A stretch of DNA of 64,000 bases from an uncultured Nitrososphaerales archaeon (GTDB taxonomy: Archaea > Thermoproteota > Nitrososphaeria > Conexivisphaerales > DTJL01). This document shows, one piece after another, positions 36,195 through 44,158 of the stretch. Position 1 is the first letter of the stretch; each line of letters starts with the position of its first letter. The translations under genes were made by a program, and so were the position numbers. The stretch is from contig CAYYVT010000187.1 of the NCBI GenBank assembly GCA_964475215.1, positions 3,506 to 67,505 on the forward strand, given 5' to 3'. The notes beneath the pieces were generated by a model. That model was not told where the DNA came from. It saw only the letters and a list, made by a program, of their open reading frames with translations, and did no database searches.

Positions 36195-38030
36195 CTACCC
36201 CGTGTAGTTAATCGTGTTGTAATACAAGAAGTACCCAGCACCCGATCCTGCCGGATTCGGTATCATCCCCGTGATGTCGTTCTGATTAATTGCCAACTGG
36301 TTCGGCACATAGAGCCAGATGTCAACATAGTTGTTGTACATCAGCTGCGTGATGTTCTGGAAACTCTGGATGATCGTGGAGTTGTCGAAGGCAGTCGCCG
36401 CTGCCACCGTCAAATTCATGGCCTGAGGGTCTTGGTAGGCTGAGGAGCCGACATAGTTAGCGGACGTGAAGTAATACACATAGTCAATGCTAGCGGTGTA
36501 GTCTTCGCTGTAGAAACCGATGCCCATCGGGTAGGTGGTGTTGTCAGTGCTGGGGGAGTATAGCGCTGTGGAATATGTCTTGAACGGAAGCGGGGATAGG
36601 TTGACTTTGATTCCGATTGAAGCAAGGTTTGTCTGGATTACCTGGGCGGCTTGTGTGTCTGTGGGTGAATCGGAGTCGAACAGAAAGTTGACGCTTGGGA
36701 AAGCCCGACCGCCAGGATTCAGCGTGGTCCCGTTGGGCAAATGAGATTCATAACCAGCTTGGGCTAACAAGGTCGCCGCCATCACAGGGTCATATTGATA
36801 AGGACTCAATCCGTTTGTAGCTTCGTCGTAGAATGGGAAGCCGGGTGGCACAGGGCCGATCCACTTGCTCGCAAGGCCGCCGAATACGACCTGTATGATG
36901 CTGTCATAGTCGATGCCGTAGGCCACGGCTTGCCTGACCGTAACGTCGTTGAACGCTTGGAAGGCCGCTGTGTCCATATACAGGTAATACACGCCTTCCG
37001 CCGAGCCGAACGCATCGGACAGAATGGTCGTGGATACTCCCGGCATGGCCGTCGTCACATTGTAGTAAGTGGCGGGCGCCATGATAATCTGTGCGAAACC
37101 GGACTTCAAGTCGGCGATACGGGTGGCCGCCGTCTTGTAGTATATGGTGACGGTATTGAGAATCGCAGGAGAAATTGCGCTGTTGAGCTCCGAGGGAGAA
37201 AGCGAGTCGCCCCAATAGTTGGCACTCTTGACCATGCTGACGCTCTGGCCTTCAATCCAAGATTGGAGCTTATAGAAGCCGGTGCCGAGCGCACTGTTCT
37301 GCATCTTGGAATTGGGCTGACCGGCGACCACCCCTCCATTCCTAATCACATATGCAGGGTCTACAGCCATTGCCATCGGCGTCGCCAAAGTGGCCAAGAA
37401 GGCGGAATATGGCCCGTCGCCGTTATACCCGTACCCCAAATTGAGCTCCACCTCGTACTGGTTAATCACTTGCACTGACTGGCTAGGGTATTCCATTATC
37501 GTGATGTTTTCAGCAGAGGGCGCGAAGTAGTTGATGGAGTTCAGCATCGAGTCGGTCACTGTGAAGTTCCCTCCGTTCGTGGCTGCAAGGTTCTGGCCAA
37601 GTATCCACGCGGGCGCTTGGTTCATCACCAACGTCCTGTAGATTGAAAACCACAGCACGTAGGCGTTGAACGGGTCTCCGTTGCTGAAAGTCACATTCTG
37701 TCTGAGGGTAAACGTGTAGTTCATTCCGTCATTGGAAACAGTCCAGTTCTGGGCGAGAACACCTTGATACGTCGAAGTGCTCGTCCCATTGGCTGATACG
37801 AGCCCCTGATAGATCTGTTCGACTACCTCCCAACCTGGAGTCACATAGGTCACGGCCGGGTCCAAAGTGTCAGGCTGGGACTCTTCCTCGACCACAATCG
37901 ACGATTTCGATTGGCCCTGTGCTCCGCCTCCTTCAAGAACCAAATATCCGCCGACAGCTACCAGAAGGACGACCACCACGACGATGACCAGAACCGTTCT
38001 AGAAACACCCTTACGCGCGGAGAGTTTCAC
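36195..38030 (-). CDS. ABC transporter substrate-binding protein, family 5 (peptide/nickel), membrane-anchored glycoprotein candidate
   Basis: 611 aa with an N-terminal TM anchor (VLVIVVVVVLLVAVGGYLVL) and family-5 SBP length. At least a dozen N-x-S/T sequons (NGTS, NWTV, NYTF, NVTF, NFTV, NITI, NVTT, NGTT, NTTY, NLTV, NSTI, NITQ, NYTG). Confidence 0.8.
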   Translation of the reverse strand: MKLSARKGVSRTVLVIVVVVVLLVAVGGYLVLEGGGAQGQSKSSIVVEEESQPDTLDPAVTYVTPGWEVVEQIYQGLVSANGTSTSTYQGVLAQNWTVSNDGMNYTFTLRQNVTFSNGDPFNAYVLWFSIYRTLVMNQAPAWILGQNLAATNGGNFTVTDSMLNSINYFAPSAENITIMEYPSQSVQVINQYEVELNLGYGYNGDGPYSAFLATLATPMAMAVDPAYVIRNGGVVAGQPNSKMQNSALGTGFYKLQSWIEGQSVSMVKSANYWGDSLSPSELNSAISPAILNTVTIYYKTAATRIADLKSGFAQIIMAPATYYNVTTAMPGVSTTILSDAFGSAEGVYYLYMDTAAFQAFNDVTVRQAVAYGIDYDSIIQVVFGGLASKWIGPVPPGFPFYDEATNGLSPYQYDPVMAATLLAQAGYESHLPNGTTLNPGGRAFPSVNFLFDSDSPTDTQAAQVIQTNLASIGIKVNLSPLPFKTYSTALYSPSTDNTTYPMGIGFYSEDYTASIDYVYYFTSANYVGSSAYQDPQAMNLTVAAATAFDNSTIIQSFQNITQLMYNNYVDIWLYVPNQLAINQNDITGMIPNPAGSGAGYFLYYNTINYTG

Positions 38031-38284
38031 GATAACATCCTCAGATACTGCCTTGTAATCGTTAAGCGATATTTATGTCTTATATGGTGGAGATGAATAG
38101 ACCGTCCTCATTAGCCGGGCGTTCCGTTGGTTAGCCATATCTACGCGAGACGTATGACGGAGACAAGATACTCGAAATCCAGTTTAGATCATCGGACTAC
38201 AAGTTAGCCAAGATGTCCGCCTATGTTGGAGAAAGGTCATCCACGCTGGCGCTCATCAAAGCGCTCTCCATCGTCCTTTAGGAA

Positions 38285-38540
38285 GTGCCTGAGAACGAAG
38301 CTGCGATGATCATCAAGGCGATTCAAGGCTTCCTGGTGGAGGAAGGCCGACCTGATTTCGAATTCACGCTAGATGGTCGGAAGATAATTGTGACCGGCGA
38401 CACGCAGTGCCTGCTAATGAGCAAACAAGCAGGACTCGCCTTCTGGGCTCCCGTCCGGAGTCCTTCATTGTCATCACTGCGGGAAAATTTTCACCGCCGA
38501 AGAAGAGCCCAACGCCCACATCCTGATTCATTACTTTTGA
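38285..38540 (+). pseudogene. possible frameshifted small C2H2 zinc-finger gene
   Basis: The GTG ORF (frame 2) reads MPENEAAMIIKAIQGFLVEEGRPDFEFTLDGRKIIVTGDTQCLLMSKQ... and then runs on through tRNA-Pro. Frame 0 (38421-38540, no start codon) encodes ...VLHCHHCGKIFTAEEEPNAHILIHYF*, an exact C-X2-C-X12-H-X3-H finger. Confidence 0.3.
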
Positions 38541-38605
38541 CCTCTTCCGCAAACACTTATCTTCATGCTGCATCTGAGCAGCCGCAAGAGTGCTTCACTC
38601 CGTTG

Positions 38606-38681
38606 GGGGCCGTGGGCTAGCCTGGTCTACGCTACCAGCCTTGGGCGCTGGTGATCGGCGGTTCAAATCCGCCCGGCCCCA
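38606..38681 (+). tRNA. tRNA-Pro(UGG), intronless
   Basis: GGGGCCG/CGGCCCC acceptor, anticodon arm CCAGC CUUGGGC GCUGG, T arm GGCGG UUCAAAU CCGCC, discriminator A. No encoded CCA. Confidence 0.88.
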
Positions 38682-39424
38682 CTTCCTTTCTTCGGAAATA
38701 GAACTTCTGATGCCCTCCCTCTTGCGACCCTGTGTAACTCTAGATCCATCATCTCGAAATCATATCGATTAATGTCAAGTCGGTTAAGGAACGGAGCAAT
38801 GGTCATCGGAGGGCCTGGTTGGTAGCCAGCTCGAGAAGCATACCGGTTGAAATGTGGGAGGAACACAATCTCTCTTGGTCGCCCTCTTTTCCTATTCATG
38901 AGCTTCAACCAAACAGGTGCCCAGCCGCCGTCAAGCATAAGTTGGGGGTGTAGATGACCGGAGACAACACCATCGTATGATTCAATCGATTGCGACAGCC
39001 TAGGCAGGGAATGACCGTGGATGAAGGCGACCCGATCTAGTTCGAGCCCCTCCTTCCCAATTACTCTGACCCTAGGATCCATCACCTCCTCCACTCCATA
39101 ATCATGGTTGCCTTTCATAATCCACACTTCGAACGTCTTAACAAGCTCTTCAGTCATGGCCCGCAGGGCCTTCTTCTCGTATGGGCTGGGCTCAAAGAGC
39201 CCGTGTTTGATATCTCCAAGCACTATAAGGTTATTTGCTCCCGTTTCGCTGCTGGCAGTGGTCAGGCGAGCGCAATCCTCTAATGCTTCTTCTTCCGGGA
39301 GCGGCCTCCTAATGCCCAACCTATCGGTCAGGCCTAGGTGGACGTCGCCAATCACTAGGAAAAGCCTGCCGTCGTCGGCGAAGGCACTCAGAATCGCATC
39401 TCCCTTCAGAGGTTTCAGTTTCAA
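38663..39424 (-). CDS. calcineurin-like metallophosphoesterase
   Basis: Motifs VIGDVHLG, VLGDIKHG, KGNHD, IHGHS, SGHLHP. Its last 19 nt overlap tRNA-Pro on the opposite strand. Confidence 0.8.
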   Translation of the reverse strand: MKLKPLKGDAILSAFADDGRLFLVIGDVHLGLTDRLGIRRPLPEEEALEDCARLTTASSETGANNLIVLGDIKHGLFEPSPYEKKALRAMTEELVKTFEVWIMKGNHDYGVEEVMDPRVRVIGKEGLELDRVAFIHGHSLPRLSQSIESYDGVVSGHLHPQLMLDGGWAPVWLKLMNRKRGRPREIVFLPHFNRYASRAGYQPGPPMTIAPFLNRLDINRYDFEMMDLELHRVARGRASEVLFPKKGSGAGRI

Positions 39425-39491
39425 TGGGACAGTCCCGCTTCCTCCTAACGATTAAATCACCCTTTCTTATAGATACAAATTATTGTCCGCG

Positions 39492-39830
39492 ATGTCCACT
39501 CCGAGGGATCAACTGCTTTCGAAAGCTAAGGACATCGTCGACGCTGCCGGCGTCAAAAAACACGTCTTCTTACCCAGCCGCACGGAAATCTGGACGGTCG
39601 TGGGCGTCGAAGGAGAATACCTCGTATCTGGCGACCCTCCTCTCTGCGCGTGTCCCGCCTTCTACTTCGCGCTAACCCACGGAAGGAAGAAGGAATGCCA
39701 TCACTTAGTCGCACTGAAATTAGCTATACAAGACCAGCGGTTCTCCACCATCATAGGCCATGACGATGAGGTACCAGTATTTCTCCGGTTGCTCTGGGGG
39801 AGTCAGCGCAAACCCACGCAGTCAGATTAA
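39492..39830 (+). CDS. SWIM zinc-finger domain protein
   Basis: CxC...CxH signature: YLVSGDPPLCACPAFYFALTHGRKKECHHLVALKLAI. Confidence 0.65.
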   Translation: MSTPRDQLLSKAKDIVDAAGVKKHVFLPSRTEIWTVVGVEGEYLVSGDPPLCACPAFYFALTHGRKKECHHLVALKLAIQDQRFSTIIGHDDEVPVFLRLLWGSQRKPTQSD

Positions 39831-39950
39831 TGAACTACCGTATTCCTTGGCACGACGGGGCTATGAGATACATGTACCTCGAGGATTCTCGGTTCCAGAA
39901 TATGACCGATTCAAGTTTCGAGCCTCACCAAAACCACCCTAGCTCTTTGA

Positions 39951-40487
39951 TCATCTCCGCCTGAGCCAACCGTCGTAACGATCATCGTCCGGGCCGCAGT
40001 ATATTACGGCCGGTTCTGGGTCGAGGTCGTTGCCCGTAAAGCTGTCCTTTCTACTCATGATGGCCAGCTCTTCGGCCCCGATCTGTTCGAAATGGACACC
40101 GTCGTCCAGCCATATCCTGTAGCCTCGAATCTCCTTCACCTTGCCTCCTGTTTCAGGGTCGTATTGATCGGTGAAGCTCCTTAAGACCATCGCCATGACC
40201 TTATCTTGCTCCAGAATGCTCACGAGGCGAATCGGAAACAGTTTCGTGTGTTCAGCTCTGGTTCCAAAGGACCAGCTTAGTGGTGTTTTCTTAACGTTCC
40301 AAGACGCGGGGCCGTAGGCCTCAGAATATAACGTGATGACTCCTCTGCTCCGCACATGCCCGCAAACCTCAACAAGGAGTTGCTGAACTCCACGTGGCTC
40401 GGATGACTCGTCTCCAAGCCCTGATGAACCATTCTCCATCGATTTCACCAGACCTCCAAACATCTCTCCCCTTATCAGCACCCACAT
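39951..40487 (-). CDS. hypothetical protein
   Basis: 178-aa ATG ORF with no recognisable motif. It lies just outside the left repeat of the islet. Confidence 0.5.
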   Translation of the reverse strand: MWVLIRGEMFGGLVKSMENGSSGLGDESSEPRGVQQLLVEVCGHVRSRGVITLYSEAYGPASWNVKKTPLSWSFGTRAEHTKLFPIRLVSILEQDKVMAMVLRSFTDQYDPETGGKVKEIRGYRIWLDDGVHFEQIGAEELAIMSRKDSFTGNDLDPEPAVIYCGPDDDRYDGWLRRR

Positions 40488-40540
40488 ATCTAGAAATGGT
40501 TAGAGAGATTACTCACTTTGTTACGACGCCAACGTGAATT

Positions 40541-40557
40541 AGGAGCCTCGGAGGGGC
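40541..40557 (+). repeat. 17-bp direct repeat, distal copy (displaced tRNA-Thr 3'-end fragment, att-like)
   Basis: AGGAGCCTCGGAGGGGC, identical to 43972-43988. Confidence 0.7.
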
Positions 40558-40957
40558 CTACAACTTAGGGTAGAAAGACACCGAAATCGTCTCAGATTCA
40601 AGCTTGGGGGGACACCTACCCAAAAGAACCCATTCCTCCATGCCAAGGTGCGGACTGGGGGGGTGTCCACACTCAATCGAGCATGAGTCCGGCGCTCAAT
40701 ACGACGGAAAAGGTCGTCTGGCCAAGGAATCCGACTTCTGGCTCAATCACTGGTGAAGGCATGCTAACTTGTTCTCTCCCCAGCCGCCTCTTAGATCAAG
40801 CTAGACGTGATTTTGGGGGGCCTTTCAATAGCTTAATCTCTTCATGCTCTGGAGGACAATTTGATAATCGCGTAGCCAAACGGTGGAGGACTGCGATGCA
40901 AAATGAGTCGTCCTGCCCGATGCAGGCCGACTTGTACATCTCTCGGAGGAACGCTAG

Positions 40958-41659
40958 TCATTTGCCTCGTTGAATGATTAATGATGTTTTGCCGTCGGAG
41001 GTGTTCTTCGCGGAGAGGAGCCGGTGTCCCAGGAGGCGCGCGAGCGAAGGGAGGTCCTCCTTTGCCGCAGGGTCCCGGGTGGTGACCTCGAGCAAGCTAC
41101 CGACTGGAACACCCTCAATCTGATGACGGAACTCTTCCGGGAGTCCACTTGAGCATCCGAGGTCCCCCGCGTCGAAGAAACGCACGTCTTTGATTAGTTC
41201 TCGTGCCTCCGGACGATGCCCAGAGCAGAGCAGGTCCATCGAAACTATGTGCCCTTCGTAGAGATCGCAATAGGCATCCTGCTCGATCGTTTCTGACTCG
41301 CCGTCTGAGTATCGCTCTTTGAAGCGATACCTGATGTGGAGGCGATCACCGACGCGGTAGACGTTCTTCTCGAGGACCTGAATGCTTTCTGCTTCAGCGA
41401 ACCAGGAGGTGAAACGAGCTGCGACGGCCGATGGCCCATCTTGCTCCTGATATCCCTTGGGAACGAGGGCCCGCAGCCTTATCTCCGGATGGAAGCATGC
41501 CTTAAGTCTCTCCGGATTGCGGTCCGACAGAGCGACTATAAAGTCCTCCCCTGTGGCTTCCCCTACACCCATTGTCAAGGTTGGCCGGGTTCCCGGCTTG
41601 TCTTTCCCTGAAGATACTGGCAAACGGCACCACTCTCCTTCTTTGCTTTTCTCAGGCAA
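40958..41659 (-). CDS. NTF2/SnoaL-like domain fused to a TusA/SirA-like sulfur-carrier domain
   Basis: The C-terminal roughly 75 aa match the TusA fold pattern (FDAGDLGCSSGLPEEFRHQIEGVPVGSLLEVTTRDPAAKEDLPSLARLLGHRLL) with the Cys retained but no CPxP. The N-terminal roughly 130 aa look like an NTF2-like cone. Confidence 0.5.
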   Translation of the reverse strand: MPEKSKEGEWCRLPVSSGKDKPGTRPTLTMGVGEATGEDFIVALSDRNPERLKACFHPEIRLRALVPKGYQEQDGPSAVAARFTSWFAEAESIQVLEKNVYRVGDRLHIRYRFKERYSDGESETIEQDAYCDLYEGHIVSMDLLCSGHRPEARELIKDVRFFDAGDLGCSSGLPEEFRHQIEGVPVGSLLEVTTRDPAAKEDLPSLARLLGHRLLSAKNTSDGKTSLIIQRGK

Positions 41660-42023
41660 AGCTGGTGGTCGTCGCTCCCATGGCTATCTCTTCGACGACC
41701 TTGGCGGCTCCCACGATGGTCGCGCCGTTGGCGAGCTGTGCGTCGGTGATACCTCTAGGCTTTGCGCAGGCCCCGCAGAGCCACACCTTTCCGCCCTTGG
41801 AGACGAAGTCGGAGTAGATCTTGGAGAGAGAATCGAGCCCCTTTGACGCGATGCCGTCCGTGCCTCCTTTGGTCCCCAGCCAGACGCCTTCGATTGTCAA
41901 AAAGACGATGGCCTCCTGGCCAGCGGCCGCTGCGACGTTGCCTGCAACGAATGGCAGGGAGGCACGCTCGGGGTCCTCCTTCCCATAAGTGCCGTTGAAG
42001 ATGAGCTTGGTTGGCAAACTCAA
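41652..42023 (-). CDS. DsrE/DsrF-like sulfur-relay family protein
   Basis: 123 aa: LIFNGTYGKEDPERASLPFVAGNVAAAAGQEAIVFLTIEGV...GGKVWLCGACAKPRGI. Overlaps the downstream TusA-fusion gene by 8 nt. Confidence 0.6.
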   Translation of the reverse strand: MSLPTKLIFNGTYGKEDPERASLPFVAGNVAAAAGQEAIVFLTIEGVWLGTKGGTDGIASKGLDSLSKIYSDFVSKGGKVWLCGACAKPRGITDAQLANGATIVGAAKVVEEIAMGATTTSFA

Positions 42024-42181
42024 TCAGGCACTCCGTACCGGAATTGCGTCCAGAGCTATTCTGCTCATAGCCGCCTGAATCATTCTGGGAATGATATAAC
42101 TAGGGCGGGAGGGCCGCGCCGGAAATCCACAATCGGCGGCACCTGAGGAGCTTATATCGAACGGCCTGCGGATATCTCACG

Positions 42182-43129
42182 TTGGACTCCACTGACATTC
42201 GCATCTTCTGCGAGCTGGCGTTCAGGGACCTTGGATACGTTGAGTTCGAAGAGAGGCATCCCAGCGCGGCCAGCTTGGGGAAGAAGCTCGGCCTTGACGA
42301 GAAGACAGTGCGGGTCCGAGTGAAGCGTATGGAGGATTCGGGCTTCATCAAGTACTACCAGGCAATGCCCAATCTCTCCCTGTTCGGGATGCGCGTGGTG
42401 TCTGTATTCAGGTTCGAGGCGTTGAATCTCTCGACCAAGAACGCACTCATCAACCACCTTCACGAAGTGCCCAAGCTCGTCGAGTTCTCCGACTACCTTG
42501 GGCCTTTTGTGACGGGCAGCATCGCAGGTTCGACGCGGGAGGATGCCAGGAGCGGGGCGGACTACCTGGCATCGAGGTACGAGATGGGGATATCAGTGCT
42601 CGGTAGTCGGGCGATTGAGGAACCGACCGCCGGAATCGACAATCTGGACTGGCAGCTCATCAAGTCTCTGAGGTACGACGCGCGGTCTAACGACAGCAGC
42701 CTTGCGCAGCGCCTCTCGGTCACGCAGCGCATGGTGGGCTACCGAGTCTCGAGGTTGCTGCGATCTGGAGCCCTCAGCACCAAGGCTGTTATCGACCCTA
42801 GGAAGCAGGCGGGCCTCGTCTTCTTCGAGCTCGAGCTCGCCATTGACCCAGAGAAGAGGGGAGCGATTTCGAGCTGGCTGGCCGAGAAGTATGGCGAGAG
42901 CCTCTGGAGCCTGTACAGCCCTACCGCCGACATGGTCGTGGCAAGCCTGTTCGGGTTCACCATCGCCGAGCCTGAAGAGGTGGCCATCCAAGCGCTGAAG
43001 CTCGATGGGGTTAAACGTTGCTTGCTGTACATCCTCAAGGAAGTCATCGAACCCAAACGTCCGAACTGGATTGATGGGCTCATAGAATCGAAGCTTCGGC
43101 TAAGAGGCAAAGGGAAAGCCCCCGACTAG
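42182..43129 (+). CDS. tandem Lrp/AsnC-type winged-HTH transcriptional regulator
   Basis: Two HTH_AsnC-like modules (DSTDIRIFCEL...LGKKLGLDEKTVRVRVKRMEDSGFIKYY and LDWQLIKSLRYDARSNDSSLAQRLSVTQRMVGYRVSRLLRSGAL). Divergent from the DsrE/TusA pair. Confidence 0.65.
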   Translation: MDSTDIRIFCELAFRDLGYVEFEERHPSAASLGKKLGLDEKTVRVRVKRMEDSGFIKYYQAMPNLSLFGMRVVSVFRFEALNLSTKNALINHLHEVPKLVEFSDYLGPFVTGSIAGSTREDARSGADYLASRYEMGISVLGSRAIEEPTAGIDNLDWQLIKSLRYDARSNDSSLAQRLSVTQRMVGYRVSRLLRSGALSTKAVIDPRKQAGLVFFELELAIDPEKRGAISSWLAEKYGESLWSLYSPTADMVVASLFGFTIAEPEEVAIQALKLDGVKRCLLYILKEVIEPKRPNWIDGLIESKLRLRGKGKAPD

Positions 43130-43144
43130 GCGAGGAAGCCCGCC

Positions 43145-43300
43145 TTAGAATTCCTTGATATGAGTCATGAGCTCTTCTGGCGTCATGACCGTTTCCGGAT
43201 GAACCTCTTTCATGTGCATAATCGCATGCTTCTTCACGTCTTCGATCCCCTGAGGAGAGACTATCGTCCACCCGCAAGGGCATGTCCCTATGGCACCCAT
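43145..43300 (-). CDS. DUF1059-like small metal-binding protein
   Basis: 51-aa ORF absent from the track: MGAIGTCPCGWTIVSPQGIEDVKKHAIMHMKEVHPETVMTPEELMTHIKEF. The listed 43080..43310 ORF is in another frame and looks spurious. Confidence 0.5.
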   Translation of the reverse strand: MGAIGTCPCGWTIVSPQGIEDVKKHAIMHMKEVHPETVMTPEELMTHIKEF

Positions 43301-43444
43301 TCGGGTTCACTCTCTTTGCCGAGTATTTATATCAAGAGGCGAATCATCATTTCTTCGTTCAGGACCCAGCTCTTGCCGCCGTCCAATGACTCTCCAAATG
43401 CCACCTGAAGGAGGAGGCCGCGGTGTTCGAGAAGACCCACCACA

Positions 43445-43921
43445 TCAATAAGCCCTGATCTGGCTATCTCCTTTCACGGCAAAGTTCGATTTCCTTTCTT
43501 CATCCACGGTCCTGTCCATCAATCTTACGGGGCCGTCCAACACCACACCGCACCCGCTTCTTGCTGGTGTACGACTAACAGCCCCGAGACACCTAACGGT
43601 TCCGTACTTGGTCACAACTTCATGCATAATCCGTACAAGGGCGCGAAGGCGGAGGAGATTCTCCTTAGGCAGGGGGCCCTGGAGGAGTTCGGTGGTATAG
43701 GCAAGGATAGGGCGACATCCTTGGCTGCCAAGATCGACATACGGACTACAGCGCAAGCCACTGCTCGTGATATCGTTGGGGCACATCAGAAGGAAGTCCG
43801 CCGTCGACGAGTGGAGGCCAATGAATCGGCTGTAGGAAGTGAAGAAAGCGTAGGGCTTCCCACCGCTGTAGAATACATGATTGTTGCGTACCTCGAGCGA
43901 GTACTTGGCAACATCGTGCAT
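43445..43921 (-). CDS. hypothetical protein (next to the tRNA-proximal repeat)
   Basis: 158-aa ATG ORF with no recognisable motif and no tyrosine-recombinase R..HxxR..Y pattern. Confidence 0.4.
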   Translation of the reverse strand: MHDVAKYSLEVRNNHVFYSGGKPYAFFTSYSRFIGLHSSTADFLLMCPNDITSSGLRCSPYVDLGSQGCRPILAYTTELLQGPLPKENLLRLRALVRIMHEVVTKYGTVRCLGAVSRTPARSGCGVVLDGPVRLMDRTVDEERKSNFAVKGDSQIRAY

Positions 43922-43971
43922 AGATAATACGATATCCCTTAATATGATGTACAGAAATTACAATAATTTGC

Positions 43972-43988
43972 AGGAGCCTCGGAGGGGC
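43972..43988 (+). repeat. 17-bp direct repeat, tRNA-proximal copy (att-like)
   Basis: AGGAGCCTCGGAGGGGC. Its reverse complement GCCCCTCCGAGGCTCCT equals tRNA nt 60-73 plus 3 nt of trailer. Confidence 0.7.
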
Positions 43989-44049
43989 TTCGCTCCCCTG
44001 ACCCACAGCTTACAAGGCTGTTGCTCTAACTAGGCTGAGCTACCGAGGC
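43975..44049 (-). tRNA. tRNA-Thr(UGU) with atypical T-loop (possibly impaired)
   Basis: GCCUCGG UA GCUC AGCCUAGUUA GAGC A ACAGC CUUGUAA GCUGU GGGUC AGGGG AGCGAAG CCCCU CCGAGGC U. A perfect cloverleaf except that the T-loop begins AG instead of UU (positions 54 and 55). Confidence 0.7.
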
Positions 44050-44158
44050 CCTCGAACAAGTCTCCCTCGGAGACGATTATATACTTCACCACGTGTGGTA
44101 CGCGTTCATGTTTCGAGACGGCAACACATTTTTAACCACAACATCTTGAGCCAAACTC

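Larger units (their letters stand above)
40541..43988. mobile_element. putative tRNA-Thr(UGU)-flanked genomic islet or integrated-element remnant with a GC-rich core (no integrase seen)
   Basis: Bounded by the 17-bp direct repeat that covers the tRNA 3' end. Hand counts in the 40960-43130 core give 40/60 and 39/60 GC, against 27/60 and 33/60 in sampled flanking lines. The cargo is accessory-type. Confidence 0.45.

Noticed and set aside
38541-38620. The tail of ORF 38285..38620, which reads through tRNA-Pro.
   Set aside because: The coding sense overlaps a well-folded tRNA gene on the same strand, and the peptide there is low-complexity. It is better explained as read-through of a broken small gene.
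40606-40668. G6-7 runs, each followed by the complementary heptamers GGACACC and GGTGTCC about 45 nt apart, near the left end of the islet.
   Set aside because: A 7-bp inverted repeat with a long loop is weak evidence on its own. It is mentioned under the islet finding but not called as a feature.
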